DNA from: Trichoplax sp. H2
Lineage: Eukaryota
NCBI GenBank assembly: GCA_003344405.1
Contig: NOWV01000019.1
Location: 744,001 to 808,000, forward strand
Length of the DNA stretch: 64,000 nt
Direction of reading: 5' to 3'
This document shows positions 39,001 through 54,000 of the stretch, piece by piece (the first letter of the stretch is position 1; the number at the start of each line of letters is the position of its first letter). The notes beneath the pieces are model-generated. The model saw only the letters and a program-made list of their open reading frames with translations, was not told where the DNA came from and made no database searches. A program made the translations under genes and the position numbers.

Positions 39001-42000
39001 TATCTACTAGTTATAGTAATTCTCACTCTAACTGAAATATTTCTAAATTCTTCAGAAATTTTTGCTTTATTAAAATCACTAAATTTGTCCCATTAAAGCA
39101 GCTGTATCAACTCTTACAATCCTATTCTACATACGCGTATAATATATCTGTTACATCGTAATATATCAATCGATATAAATCTACAGCCATTATTTATGAT
39201 TTGCAGTAATTCGTAATCTAGCAGAAATATCATTAAATGCTACAACTTTTTAGATATTATAATATCAGTAAACTTGACCACATCTACAAGGCAATATTCA
39301 GTTCCTATTTACGAATTCAATGTCAAATTTTTCTGCTAAACGCATGAAAGACTTTGAAAGTTATTACTCTTTATCGCAGATAGCGCGCAATGCAACAGTA
39401 AAATAAGATGATTTAACATTTATTCATTCAACCTACAGAGTCTTTAACTTTCGGAGTCCTTGAAATTTAGTATAATTAACCGTGAAGAAACTTTTCAAGT
39501 CACTCATAATTCTAGAAATTTTAAGCATAACGAAAGATAAAATTTGTATCAGATCACCTTCTTACACAATGAACTATTCAGTATATAATTAACGTACTCA
39601 TTTTTGGTTCAAATATATAGATACTCATATGCACATAGCATTGTATATTTTAACTCATATTAGTATTCCTAATTATTAATACTCACAAATGAATTAACTG
39701 AGGATGATGAGTAAAGCTGTAGCTATCCTTAATTTGGCTGCCAGTGATATTCCTAAATTTACCAGCAAGTAATCTTATATTGTAGCTTGATTTTAAACTT
39801 ACTAAGCAAATACAATTATTACTAACCAAAATGCTAACCTTAAGACAACTGTTTTAATTATAATAATCGATAAGTTGTTATAGTTGCCATTCTTAGCAGT
39901 AATGCTTTAGCTGATATTAATGAAAATTTAATTCCGTAAAAAATATAATGCTTACAGGAAGTTCAAGTTCTTAAATGATGATAAATCTATCCAGCCATTT
40001 CTGCCAGAATCAACAAAATTTAAAGTTCTGCGAGGTTGAAATTAAGAATATATTTAAAAGTTCTATTCAAATTATTAAGATATACGAAAATAAGCATTTT
40101 CATCACAGCTTAAGCTGAGATAAAGGACGAATTGCTAAATTTATAAAATTGGCAATCTTATAAAGAAATTAAAACTAAGTATATACGGTAAGAATCTCCA
40201 TTCGAATAGATTTTACAAGTATTTAGCCAGGCCAATTCCATAGTGTCTAGCTTTGCATAGCTTTTAATAACTTATCATAATTATTATTTAAGATTGATAG
40301 TTCTATACAGTATTAGGTACAGAATGCTATTATGTGTAGAAAGTTCCAAGATGATTGAATCCTAGTACATGATAGTTGAATTAGACAAAAGTCTCGCGTA
40401 AATTAAGATTTCGCATAAGTATTGTGCTAAAAGGTTTTACTAATGCAATAGCTGTTGGAGGAATATTGTATTTGAAAGATCATTCCTTTGTAAAGGATGA
40501 TTAAATAAATTAATTTTTTTTACGATTAAGAAGGTTAATATGCAAGCTCGATAGACTCTAGTAATAAAAGTATTATAGCATCTAGAATTAGCTGTCATAT
40601 TTAAGTCTACTAATATATTGCTTCATTAGATAATTGAATAAGGTGTAAATTCACTAACTAAATTAAAGTAAAACTGCTGATACTATTATTGTAGCTGCTC
40701 CATACACTCATCAATGGCTCAAATGATACCAGAACAGAATGAACTGTAAAGTGTAATGAAATGATACTCCTCCAAAACTTTGCAAATATTGAATTTTGTC
40801 TCAATGCCATGATGCTAATAAGTTATGCAATCCGAAATATTCAGAATTTTAGGTCAGTTCTAATACTAAGATCATAAAGATGAATATTTGCATATCAAAG
40901 TTTATAAGACTGTTGCAAATCTTATTTTGCAACGTGTGGTATTCACACAGCAAAGAGACTCCACATTTTTATAATCCGAAACTTATTATTTTATCGATTC
41001 TGCTCCTTACACCAGTACCAGAAATCTATGTCATGACACTTTCTCTTGTTAAGAACTTTTGAAATGAAAGTTGCCTATCCTATTGTACGTTAAAGTACTT
41101 ATTGCAGAACTAATCAGAGTACTGCAACTGTTAAGCTAATGTGTTGACGTAGTTTATAGGATTATGAGATACACTTACAAGGTTTTCACCCGACGGAACG
41201 TCATAAGCGACTGATCTGTCAGATTATTCATGAGGTTGTTGTAAAGATACCTTATAGAAAGCATGAATACAAATTTAAAGAATAAAAGTGAATCAATGAT
41301 TCTAAAGTAGTCGAAATTTATCTCAATCAGCCTATAAAAAGAACAATTTATGCGTAGACTTGGCCGTGTGCCATATCTAAGACCAGGTTAAAAGGTACGA
41401 AGTTATTTCGTATTACATAAAATCAATAATAACGGTAAGTAAATAGATACGAGACATCGCATTTCCAATAAAAATTTTAATTAATCTGCATAATAATGTT
41501 TATCATGAATAGTAAATATTTTATCGATAATAATAAACTTATTATAAACTATCAGTTAGTACAAACAAATTTCTTAAATTCGGCAATGATCTGGAATTTT
41601 GGCCAATATTTACTGTGGTAATTGGATTGTCATTTAGCAGACTGAAAAAAATTTGTGAACAGTTTTAAGTGACAAAACTTTAATAAAATAAAGCAATTTC
41701 AACCATGAAGTTTTGCCAAATAGATTGTTTCAGAGATGTCTGTAGGAGCTATAAATACTATATACTCTTAACCAAGTTGAAATCGATTAATGAATTTTGA
41801 AAGCTCTTGATTCTACTCACAGAATTTCCAGATTTTGCAGGATAAATGATGTTTCAGTATTGATAGATCTTATACCATTAGACTGCATGTAACTTATTAT
41901 CAAAGGATATCAGTGCTCAATTATACAATCATTTAGGATTTAGAGCATCATAGCATTTAGCTATTATTTAGCAGCAATTCATAAAAGCAATTAAAAGAAA

Positions 42001-45000
42001 TGTTTCTTTATTAATTACTAATAGATATATTGTAGAACATACAGGGATTTTAGAGCCTGACTACAACCCAGTAACGATTGGAAATTAAAATCCTCGATCA
42101 TATTGTGATTGAGATACCTATATATAGTGAAATAGGTATCAGATTAATAAGAATACTGCTCGGTACATTTTAATTAAGGTATTTAAAGCTAAGATCCTGA
42201 CACCCAGCCCTTTACTCGCCGCAGTAACGGTATAAATCGTTGCTTTTATTGACATATTACTTATGGCATAAAAACATTTACGATAAGTCAAATACGACCA
42301 AGTTCAAAATATAATAACCGTAAAAACGTAAGAAATGCAACCACTTACTACAACAGAAAGTTGAATTCAAATTCGTGCTTGTCCTTTCTTTCAGATGTCA
42401 AAAATTAATCTACGTTCTTACGTACAGTATATTAACTTTTATACAATCATATTAGAGCTCTGCATATTTATACGCATTCACTACATTTTTATGAACGAGA
42501 GTAGTAGGTACTTTACATGATCAGAAAAAATGACTCAAGAATAACGTTATTACTATGAAACTAGCTTAACCTGCGGAGCATGCGTTACGAATGCGATTTA
42601 TGATAATTAAAAATATTAGTTAACATTTTACGCAGTACGGTTAAATCTGTCTTAATTCAGTCTGGTATAAAATTTAACTAAGATTCTGATACAGTGTTAT
42701 ATACTGTATTAGAGTAGATATATCTATTTTAGGATAATTTTGCTAGCCTATCCTTATTTAGTTAACCTCTAATTTGGATATGCTGTGTTTTAATATAGCA
42801 CTGGCTTTGAGTGACAGTGACACATGTATACATATGCTGACATTAATAGTTATATTAGGGAATGCCAATTATATACTTACAGTTCCAATCATTGTGATTG
42901 TAACTTACTTATGATAGATTGTAAATTATCGTGGAAATGTTCCTTGATAGGACATATCATAATCTTACTATTATGTATTAGTCATCAGATGTCTATGTTC
43001 TTAAATACTGTTGTCTGTATTAGGGACCAGTAGCTAAAATTAATGTCTAATTCAGTGAATAATTTCAAAGTCAATCGTACTAACTATGACTCACGAACTA
43101 TTGAGGAAAAGTATATTTACTTAATATATCGTGTAATAAAGTTAATTCTTAAACTTAGTGTTCAACGTAAAATACGAGGCATCTACGTCTTGGTGTAGTC
43201 TACTAGTAGAGCAAAAGTGTTCCTGATAGTACTGATATCGTTCCTAGATATGTGGTTCAAGGAATTGACTTATTGATCGTATATTACGTTATCTTGTTGC
43301 AAAGCTGTTTTGAAACAGATACTTTTGCTTAAATTTAGTAAAATATTCCGTTCCTACCAATAAACTATGCCGCAGTATTATACGCACGCAGGAATATATT
43401 GAAAATTAAAATTACTGGATCTTATTTCCCTTAACTATGTATTACTCAGCTAAAATTTGTCAACTTTAACTCTTAAAATTTCTAGATGTCCGGTCATATT
43501 GTAACCATGACCAATAATCATATTCATTATTGATATTTATTTTTTATCTTATTTACTTACAAATGCTGTAGCCAACTAGCATTACGACAAATTTCAGCTT
43601 CGATTGTTTCTAATCGATTCCTACTTAAACTTCTAAATATTTAAATATTGTGTTAACATTCATAGAATGATTTTAAAAAAGTCCTAGTTATTAGAATAAT
43701 GGTATTATTTCGGCTATTGAAATGTAATCATAGGTGTAATATTGCAGAGCAGTTGATCTGGAATTTACAATTTTCGAAGCGGAAATACTGTATATTCGTA
43801 AACGTGTACGTATTTTACACAAACACATTAATTTATATTAAATGGCTAACGGGAACATTTTCAAAGTAGAAGCTACTCTGCTTCAATTTGCAAACAGTTA
43901 TTAATCACTGAATTATTATATAAAGAATTTATCCATGAAATAATCTCAAATCAACATAAACAGATCTCGAATTACAAATCATATTCCTGGTAAGAATTTT
44001 ACATCACTGCATGTACGAGTATTCAAAAACCACAGATAAAGAAATTTCTCTAGAAATAAATTATAATTTTATCTTACAATGCCAATAAGTAGAAATCAGA
44101 AAAGGCTCCGTCCGCAATATGGCTCAATCTATTGTTCTCTAAATTCCTGCTCAAAGAGAAAAATTACACAAGGAGATGGCTCACCCAAGAAAAGATCTTG
44201 TTAGAAAGGAATTCATTTACTTTGAAACTTACCGACCGTAAAATATAGTAAATGCATTTTATAACATATTTATTAGGCGAATATCTATAGTTCTGATTAA
44301 CTAATTATTTTTAGATTATTCTTATGTTAAATTAGCAAACTAAATATTTACTGGAATATTGCATTTATATTCATTTTTACTCATAAAAATGCAGAATGCC
44401 TATCAGTTTTATATACATTTGAAGGGAGTTGTAGTCTAGAAAAAATATACGCAGAGAATAACTACTATAATATTATAAGTGTTAATTTTAGTTTTGAGAT
44501 TCAGCATAATAAATTTTATCCTAACAAAAAATCATGAATATATATATTATTTTAACTCAAATCATGCAGTGTTTGACTGAAAAATCGCGATCTCGCTACC
44601 GAACCTAAATTCTGTCTCAAATTGAGTTAACCTATACTCTATTTGCCTGAAATCGAACTGTATTCCGCGAAATTTCCACGGGTTTCACCAGTAAATATTA
44701 TTAGCATAGACCAATTCAAAATTAAAGTATGAATGGTGTTAAGGATTACTAAAATTGTTGGATTTAGTAGAAATTGTATTACTTTTTCAGAAATATAAAC
44801 GAAAGTCTGGTCGCTTTATCTTTACTACGTTTCAGAGATTCTTTATTTTGCCTTTATTCTTCTTATTTTTGCTCATTTTATAGTAAGTTCATGAAAATGA
44901 AATTGCATTTTGTTGATGCTACGGTTAAATTATGACTTTTACTATGGTTGGGTTCGAGAATCTAAATTGCAATGTAAGCTGATGAGATTAATTAATAACG

Positions 45001-48000
45001 GGATTATTTTTCGAGTACTTCATTGGCATTACATATGTCACAGTTACAAACATAAATTGGATATAGATTATAGTTTACAGCAATCTTTTTTGCACTTATT
45101 AGAAATAAAAACCCCTACTTAAGCAATTTTTATTTGTAATAAAGTAAATCCTATGATATAATGACTTAATAGTAATATGCTTCTAGTAGCTATCGAAATT
45201 ATGAAATCTATCTAGGGCTCTTAATCTAAATAAACTCATGAATGGATTATTTTTTACTTACAAAGTCAGTGTATGTTAACATAATCGTAAGAGCTATAAT
45301 AAAAATATGCTGATAGCGTAGTAAAAATGGCTATAACAACAGATGCGATACACAACCGTATGTGAGGTAATAATAGCATGAAATGTGAGAGTTAAATTAA
45401 ATTGTGTTGTATATCTATGTGTGTACTTTGCACAGATTCTGGTCTCTCTACTGAAAGCTAGGCAAGTAGTATTGCGGATTAAGGTACAGTTTATCATAAG
45501 TAATGTGTTGCTCCATGTATCATAACGGTAGTTGTAGCAAAATACCTAAATTTATAACGTTTCTAATAGCTCTACGTAAAGTTTCGATTTATGTTACAAT
45601 TTTTTGTGATAATTAAAATTTAGGGAGATAAGAAATCTAGCGAGAGAAATGCTTGCAAGACCTCTCATTGATTAATCGACTTTTTCTTTTGTTGCCAGCT
45701 TGATTGATTGATTGATTGATAATATCAGAAAATTTTGCTGCTCAGACTGTAATTCTTTAGTATTGAACAAGAGGTCACTTTTATAGTTTGGTTACTTACT
45801 GATAAGTTTATAAATTTTCTATTGAATTACTTTTAAAATAACTAACCTAATTTAATTTATTCCCGATTCCTTTGGGATTACAGTAACATTATATCTAAAT
45901 GCATTCAAAACCCTAACTTGCATCGTCTTTCTTAAATATTTTTACTTACAGATATTTTAACGATATTAGGCCGCTGAAAGTTTGATTTGTAACGATTCGC
46001 AATCTGTTTGTACCCAGATTTCTGTAAATTATTCAATAAATATTTAATAATTACCAACTGATAATTAATTAAACAATAAAAAACATAATAAATGATTTGA
46101 TGTGACACATAAATTTAGAGACTTGAAAATAATTCGATTTTAGCCTGTCTTTATCTCTACAGCAATTTCAATGTAGCGTTACTAAATACTATTTATTTAT
46201 TGAATTAAGGATTTATCAGAGTCATAATCCAAAATTAGACTGATACATTACAAATTATTTAAAGAAGCAAGTTCTCGAAAGGCTCCGTTGCAAATTCTTT
46301 CGATTTCTCCAAACGTAATCCAACTGTAATAATAATAAATATGAATTGCGTTAAACAGATTAATGATGATCCACAGTAGTCTTTGACAATTATGAAAGAT
46401 TCTTAATTATAATTATTCGTTCCGGTATTGGGGCCTATAAAAATAATGTAATCTCCTATTGTATATCAAAAAATTTTAATTATATTGTATTAGAGTATTC
46501 ATCTTCAATTTGTAAATCACTGTATTGCTGTTACTATATTAACTGAAAATATTGGAATTGCAAATTGGTATTCATTATTTGCTTGCAGTTCTTTGCAAAT
46601 ACTAATCTAAAACTGAAAAGCATATATTATAGTAGGGATATGCAATCACCTATCTAGTTAATTATTCGATCCATTTCTGGTTAAAATAGCACAAATTTGT
46701 TATTATACTACATTATATCTACTGTACTCTTTCTCTCTAACTTATCGTGGCTAATTCAATCCTGGAAAAGTTTCTTAAAAATATGTAATGAGTGCTGATA
46801 TACTTACAGAATTTCTAATTTTGGTAGTCGAGATAATACTCTACAATCCAAGTAAGAAAAATACCCCTTGGACAAGTCCCTAAAATTATATAATATCTTA
46901 GTTATAACGATTCATAACGTTTTCGATATCTTAGCAAGTAGCTAGATTAAATCTTAATTATTCATCTTAATAAGCTAGATCAATTAAACGTCTTTAGGCA
47001 TGAAAAATATTAGCAGATCGAACAAATTTAGCAAATGTTCGTAATCTCATACTAGACCATTGTGTTCAAAGTTCACAGTTACGAGTAGCTCTAACTTGCA
47101 ACAAAGATTGAGAGAGTGATTTCTACCCTTTACTACTGTCATTTGGAATACTAAGCAATCGGTATTCCAAGGCAAATAGGATTTAACATAGGGAGACCTT
47201 CAAGACTTACTAGAAAATGACAATCTAATTTATTGTCGGCGAACTGGCCATTTATATAGGTTTCGGACCTAAAACTAGTTTAGCTACACAAGTCACTTCG
47301 TCTATTAGAAATTGACCAACTTAATACCCTAAAGAGATTCTATCTGTACAGATTAGATACAGTCTTATCCTATTAAATTACTGAAACAGTATTAAAATAA
47401 TCAATGCTTATCGATAGTTTAACATATAAAGCTATCCTACTAAGACATTTCCTCTTAACTTAGGAATTGTAGTTTGAACCTTAACAACTTGGAGGTGACA
47501 GATATAATCTAGATTAGACGGTTGGCAATTACTATTTCAGTCTATGTAATCCTAAATTAAGGATATCAACTGTTAATCGCTAAAATTGCAATTAAAAGGA
47601 GACCATGAAACAATTTTAAAATATAACATATAAAGAACGGAACATAGAAATAAAGCATACGTCACGAAGATTACTATCGTGACAAGTATATAAAAAATTG
47701 CACGTATGAAGCGACATGGAATTCGAACGATACTTACAGTAGTTTGAGATCTGCTAAATCATGGAACGCTGTCAATTTAAGTTTTATATTTCCGGTAGCC
47801 TTAATGTATCTGATAAAAAGGATTGAAAACGATTTAAATACATTATATTGTAGACTTTATTGTTTGGTTGTATGAAGACATTCAGTTGATCTTCAATTTA
47901 ATTCATCATCATTGTAATTACACGAGATGAATTCGTGGCACTTCCATTAGAAAATTCGAAGGAATCACTTGAATCGGATTATCCGTGCAGACGCTACAAC

Positions 48001-51000
48001 AATAAATTAGTGGCTCAATTTTATAAATATGATAATGAATGTACAAAGCCGTTAGTAATATAACGTTATAATTATAGGTATTACGTATTTTTTTAGGACT
48101 GCTACAATATACAATTATAATTACAATAAGTTTGGAACACTTTAAATAACTGCAATGTAACAGTTTCCTGATTTTTAACTACCTTTAACTACTGCTACAT
48201 AAGAGTTAGTACGTTTTATATGAGGCTGTGATACGAAATTTAGGTAATCTAACTGCAATATGAGGTGATATTATGAAGAATTTTCTCATAAGCCATCTCA
48301 GATGCTGCGACGGAGTGCAGACTTCGAGAGTTCATCGTCGCTTTAGTGTGTTTAATTAAGATTTTTATTTGTAATTGATAATCTTTTATTAGTTGTCGAT
48401 AACCCATATTTATTAGGTACTCGCTAATTGTAATTTTATCAGTAGTTTGATCATACTGGCTGTCAACTCTGTGCAGAATAGTGTATTTACAGACAAGACA
48501 AATATTATTCACGTTGTGCTGAGCCTCTGATTGTTGATGGGCTCTTAATTAGTTCGTAGCCCATTAGTGTTGTTTACGCCGTTTGCCATACTAAACCTTA
48601 TGAACGGTCGGCTATAGAAATCTATGTATTTTTAAGGACTATTTATCTAATTTGTGCACCGGGTATGGCCGAGCTAGGGAAGTAAAGCCCGGTATTCTCA
48701 TTAGCTAGTCAGTTGACGCTTGGTCGTTTAGTTTGATTAGTCTTGCATGTCAAGACTACCTTCGCCGAATAAACTATATTTAAAAAGGGCCTAAGTCTAG
48801 TCTACGTCTAACCCGTTAGGAGGAAATTTGGCTGTTGTAGCCTTAGTACTGACGCACATTTAGAAACCCAGGTTTCCTTGCAGTGAATTGAATACGGCAG
48901 ATGCTATAATGATTTGCATAGAGTAAACTTTGTTAGTGGGCTGTGGCTGATGATGAAATGGTGAAGAATCTAAGTCGGCTTAAAACTGTACGATCTTTAA
49001 ACTAAGAATCTGACGTAGTAACTGAGATATTATTGCAGCTTCATTCATTTATAATGGATGAGTACCGTGATTATCGTAATTTTATGAAGTAGCAGCCAAA
49101 ATCTAAGTTCTTTGAGATTATGATTTATCTCAGACTGACTATTACACGAGTAAGTAGAATTTAACAAAAACATGTTAACAATTTCAGTCCTCAGCAGCGG
49201 ATTACGATCAAACTATTGAAATAAAAGTAATATTTTAATATTAATTCATCTTATCTCATTAAATTTTACTTTCTAATGATGTTGTAATTCGAAATTTAGT
49301 GCAGTATTGTAAACATAATTAGATGTTAGACTTGTATCTATTCTTGTACAAGCTGCTACATCATTCCGGTTATTAATGCCGAAATAACTTAATTCAGATG
49401 ATCAATTAATGTTCGTCACTGGCAAAAGTATAAGTTCGATAGAAGACTACTTGAGTATAATCAATTTTTCTAGCGGTATAACACATGAGCAAAGGCGTCT
49501 AAATTTAAATCTTTGTGAAAAGTTAGAAATATTGGATCCCAAAAGCTTTAAAAACCCAGAAAATTTGTATTTCCCGGCCCTGTTAAGAAACTCTATCGAA
49601 TATTATTAAAGCAGTCATTTTTAGGTACATAAATTACTTCAACACCATCATCACATCTAATTTTATGCTGGGAGAAGAGCGATTAAGAAATTTTAAACGT
49701 TGAAATTGAGTACACAAAAAATTCCTTTTTTGAGACAGGATAATTGTTGATGAAATAGAATATATGATAATTAGACTTTAGCCACAAGCATTAGCAAACG
49801 AATTTCCCACAAGGAAAGACTTATACGCTATTGTTATTAATTGAAAAAGCTCACTAAGATAGCTGCGTCTTACTACAGTTACTTATCAAGTCTTTTTACA
49901 TTCCAACTTTGACTTGAAGTCCTTCTGTTAAAATATTGCTAGTAGATCCCACCGTAACCTGATTTGAGCAAAACTAATTTTTCATCTGAAGAGATATTTA
50001 ACATATTTTAATCCCTGATCGTTAAATCTCGTTGTATCGTTAATTATTAGTACTAGTCAATTACCCATTCAAATTAATGGGAACGAATACTACGCAAAAT
50101 GTAACTCTGAAACAAAATAATCAGAGCTATATTATCATACTAGGATGAATCCCTTCTTAATATGAGATCTTAATAAGAGATAAGTAGCTAATAATTGAAT
50201 GATGCATCAATTTGATAGAAAAATATATTATAACATTTCTTGTTTGTTTTGTATTTATCTACGAAAAAGATTCTTACTAAACTTCATATTGATATTGGAT
50301 AATAAATAGAGTGGTGAATTGGAAGAGGTATTTTTTTATCAGCATATTGAAGCCCTTGTTGCAGTATTTCATTATAATAAGGGTAATTTCTAATCCCAAG
50401 ACACGTCGCGGTAGATGTATTCATGAGATTCTAGGCAATGAAGTAGTTTATAAAAGATCGCTTTATCCCATCGTACCGAAGCATTTCCAACCAATTAAAA
50501 TTAAAACTCTGACATAATAAAAGTATTTCTTACTGGATGACCTATTTAAATTTCGCTTTTCAAGGTAATTTTATCTGAGCAGTGAAAAATTATAGGTCAT
50601 GAAGCTAAAAATTCTTATGTTTATTCTCAAGGATTTAATCTACCAAAATTGTAAAACCAGCGTAATCTTTACTTGGCTATTGAACTTGACTCGTCATATA
50701 TATCTATTTTTAAAATAATTCATAACTTTGCAATACAAGTAAAACATAAAATGTATACGAATCTTACAGAATTTTCAGCTTTTTTAAACCATGAAAGATT
50801 ATAGGATGAACGGAATGGATCCTATTAGACTGAAAGTATCTATAATTTCATGAAAAGGATTACAAATATTTGGAAGCAATAAATGTAAGACACTCAAATA
50901 AATACAGAATATCATCGCAGCTTTAACATAACCAGAATATGCGTATAACCTGGCTATTTGTAAATTCATAAGTGGATCTATTCAAACTTACAAAAAGTCT

Positions 51001-54000
51001 AAATTTTTTAATGATGAAAATGTATTGTTTTGTATTTCTCGTAGCAACATATTTGAAAAATCCCTGATTAAATTAAGGAAACGCCAATCAAAGTAAGATA
51101 TTTTTTTCTATAATATTCAGTGTTATTATTTGTCATTAAAGAGCAAACTTGCAATTCCTTTATTTATTAGATCAAAATTTTTACGATCATGAACATGATT
51201 TCATTGGCATAATACTAGTATAATGTAAAATTTCATCTTACAAAATCTTCAAATTAGTCAAAGATTTGAATGTATCTGGATGCAGGTATCGGACATAATT
51301 GTGCTGGATAAGTCTATAATGATTCCGAAAAACTACATTAAATGGAGAATCTAAAAAATTTTTTATTTAGTGCTACTTCTACTATGTATTGCATTTCACA
51401 CTTGGCAGATTAATGCTAAGATTAACATCTACTATAATTAATTAGCTAAAGTATAGTATATTACTCTCAAATTAACGAACATCATGACCGCTTTAGTAAT
51501 TTATATCACGATTCAAAGTTTAATCAACTCGTTATCAAAAAAGTAGACAAATTATAGTGTTACAGATAGAGCAAGTTTCCTAGTGGAGCGAATGCATTTT
51601 TCGGAATGTGATATATATTATTATAAACTAGAGCCCTATGTAAGTCAAAATAACAAAGAGTATCAATAATTAATTGATTTTATAAACGCAGAATATTCCT
51701 TTATTGAGTTTCTGATTATAAAATTTAATATATTATCCTACAAGAGTCGCAAATTTTCTAATCCAGCGAAGGCATCTTCTTCGACGACTGTAATTATATT
51801 GGTAGTCAGGTCTCTAAAAGTTTTTAAGCAGCCATATTTTTTTATTAATAAAATCTGCATAAACAAAATATTAAACATCTAGGTATTAAGAATACTATTT
51901 ATGATCAACCAGCTCTTCTAGACATAAGCTTAGTTTGCAAATACATATTTATCTACCGTAAATGAAATTGTTGAGTACATGCGATAGAAACTTGAGTATC
52001 AAGCGAAGTCTTTCGAACTTACAAGTATTCTAAGTTTCTTAAATTTTTAAAAGTATTGTTGCGAACAATTGTCAAATGGTTTTGCCTAATTAGCCTTTTA
52101 AAGGACGCAAATTATAAAATTTTTTCAATTAACTACATTTCCCCAAAATAGTGCAAATATCCTTATATAAAATATCCGTTATTTCATCTTCTTATCCATA
52201 ACAATACTTACAAAGCATGCAAATTAGGGAGATTTCTCAATATTTTCGACGAAATTTTCTCACTAGTAATATCATTATTACTCAACTCTCTTTAGGCAAA
52301 TGGCAAAAATTTCACAAACATAGAAGATAAAAATTAACAAAATTTAAATTTTTAACAGTTATCAGGAAGTGGGACTTTCGACTTGTCATAATCAGAAACT
52401 TATGCACTAGGAATTGCTATTAAAGTTAATACATTTTTATTGCAGTATATAGTATACAAATATATTTAAAGCTGTCTCTGCGAATGTCGATACTTTATCC
52501 AATTTAAATGCAATAAATGTTATGTATTTGAATGTTATGTTTGATTAGATTGAAAGTAGAAATAATTTCTTTGGAGAAGGTATTCAAAATAAGATATTCG
52601 TCAATTAATTTCGATACAGTTTCTAAGATACAAGCTCATGCAAACCGGTTTAGTATCAGATTCTACATGTGCTGTATCATAGTTTAAAAAACCCATTGTA
52701 GAGCACATTTAGTTGCCCCTGATCAGAAAATGAAGATTCCATAGTAGATTATAGATGAATATATTCATATATTATAGGGTGTTGAGGTAGTATTGATCTT
52801 CAATATAAAAATATGTACTTAACTGATATGTTAAATTATGAATAATTCATTATACTACTGTAGCTCGTCGGGAAAGGTAATATATTTATGTTGCTAAAAA
52901 TTATAATTTGATTACATGTGAGATTGGATGCAATATTGCCAAACTTAGTGTAGCTAGATAATTCAGTGATTCTTTCTAACGTCTTTCCAGTAGTTTTATT
53001 CAGCTATATAGAGCTACTTTTAGTATATTTAGTGCAGTAATTAAACAAAATTTTAATTTACTAAAAGACTTTTTGAAATTTCATGATCAATATTTTCATA
53101 ACTCATTGTAACTGAACATATTGAGTTTCGACTATTGTAGTATATTTACTTGCGCATAAATTCTAAGAGGTAATAGGTAAGTCATTTGCCTAATAGCATT
53201 GTCCTGATACTTTATAACTCGCTGTAATTCATTTGTCGTAATCTTAATTATGAGAAGGTCATTGCTATCGCTGGTATTTATAATACATTGTTAGTATGCC
53301 ATTAGCATTGGTTAACTGTATATCAGCTGAGTAAAAGCAATAAAGGTTTAGATAATCACTCCAGCTTTACTGAATTCGTCTAAAGATTTCTAGCTAATTT
53401 TTCTTCTTACAAAGTAGAAGATTTTCGAAAATGTGGTAATTACATATATAGCTTCAGGACTTTTTGATCATCGATGAAATCATAACTCCTTGTTATTTAT
53501 ATCAGCAACTTGCTACTATCCATAGCCTCACATTGACGAAAGTTATAGAATTTCGTTAATATAACACTGCTGTAATACTATCAGTAAGTTCTAGCTATGT
53601 CACTATTGAATGATACTAGACTTAATTCCTGTATATTGTGGCAAAATCTGAATTGAATTGCATTCAAACAATTATTGGTATGCGCATTTGTAATATTCCA
53701 AGTTGAATTTTTTCATTTGAGAATTTGAAGTATTTCTCAAGATTACAAAATTCTTTTCTAAATTACTTCATTCTGACTATTAAGAACAGTATATTTTATT
53801 TACCATTACTAAGTTATCTAACTATTCACGTAAGGTTAAGAAGCTACAGTTAGCCGCTGCTATATCTAATTAGCAAGTAATAATGACCTATTTATGTCTT
53901 TGATCTAAGAGCGCACAGTCATATAGTAAATATGAACTACCGGAAAGATGCATCGTTGAGGTTAAATTATGTTACTAAGAATGTGTCATTGCTTACTGGT

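Noticed and set aside
23571-52289. CRISPR-like or DGR-like interpretation of the regularly sized 72-nt units
   Set aside because: The units are spliceosomal exons bounded by AG/GT with no conserved direct repeat; no cas or reverse transcriptase genes, and the DNA is eukaryotic.
53411-53488. 78-nt segment with LRR-exon-like splice boundaries
   Set aside because: Contains an in-frame TAA and lacks the LRR consensus; not counted.
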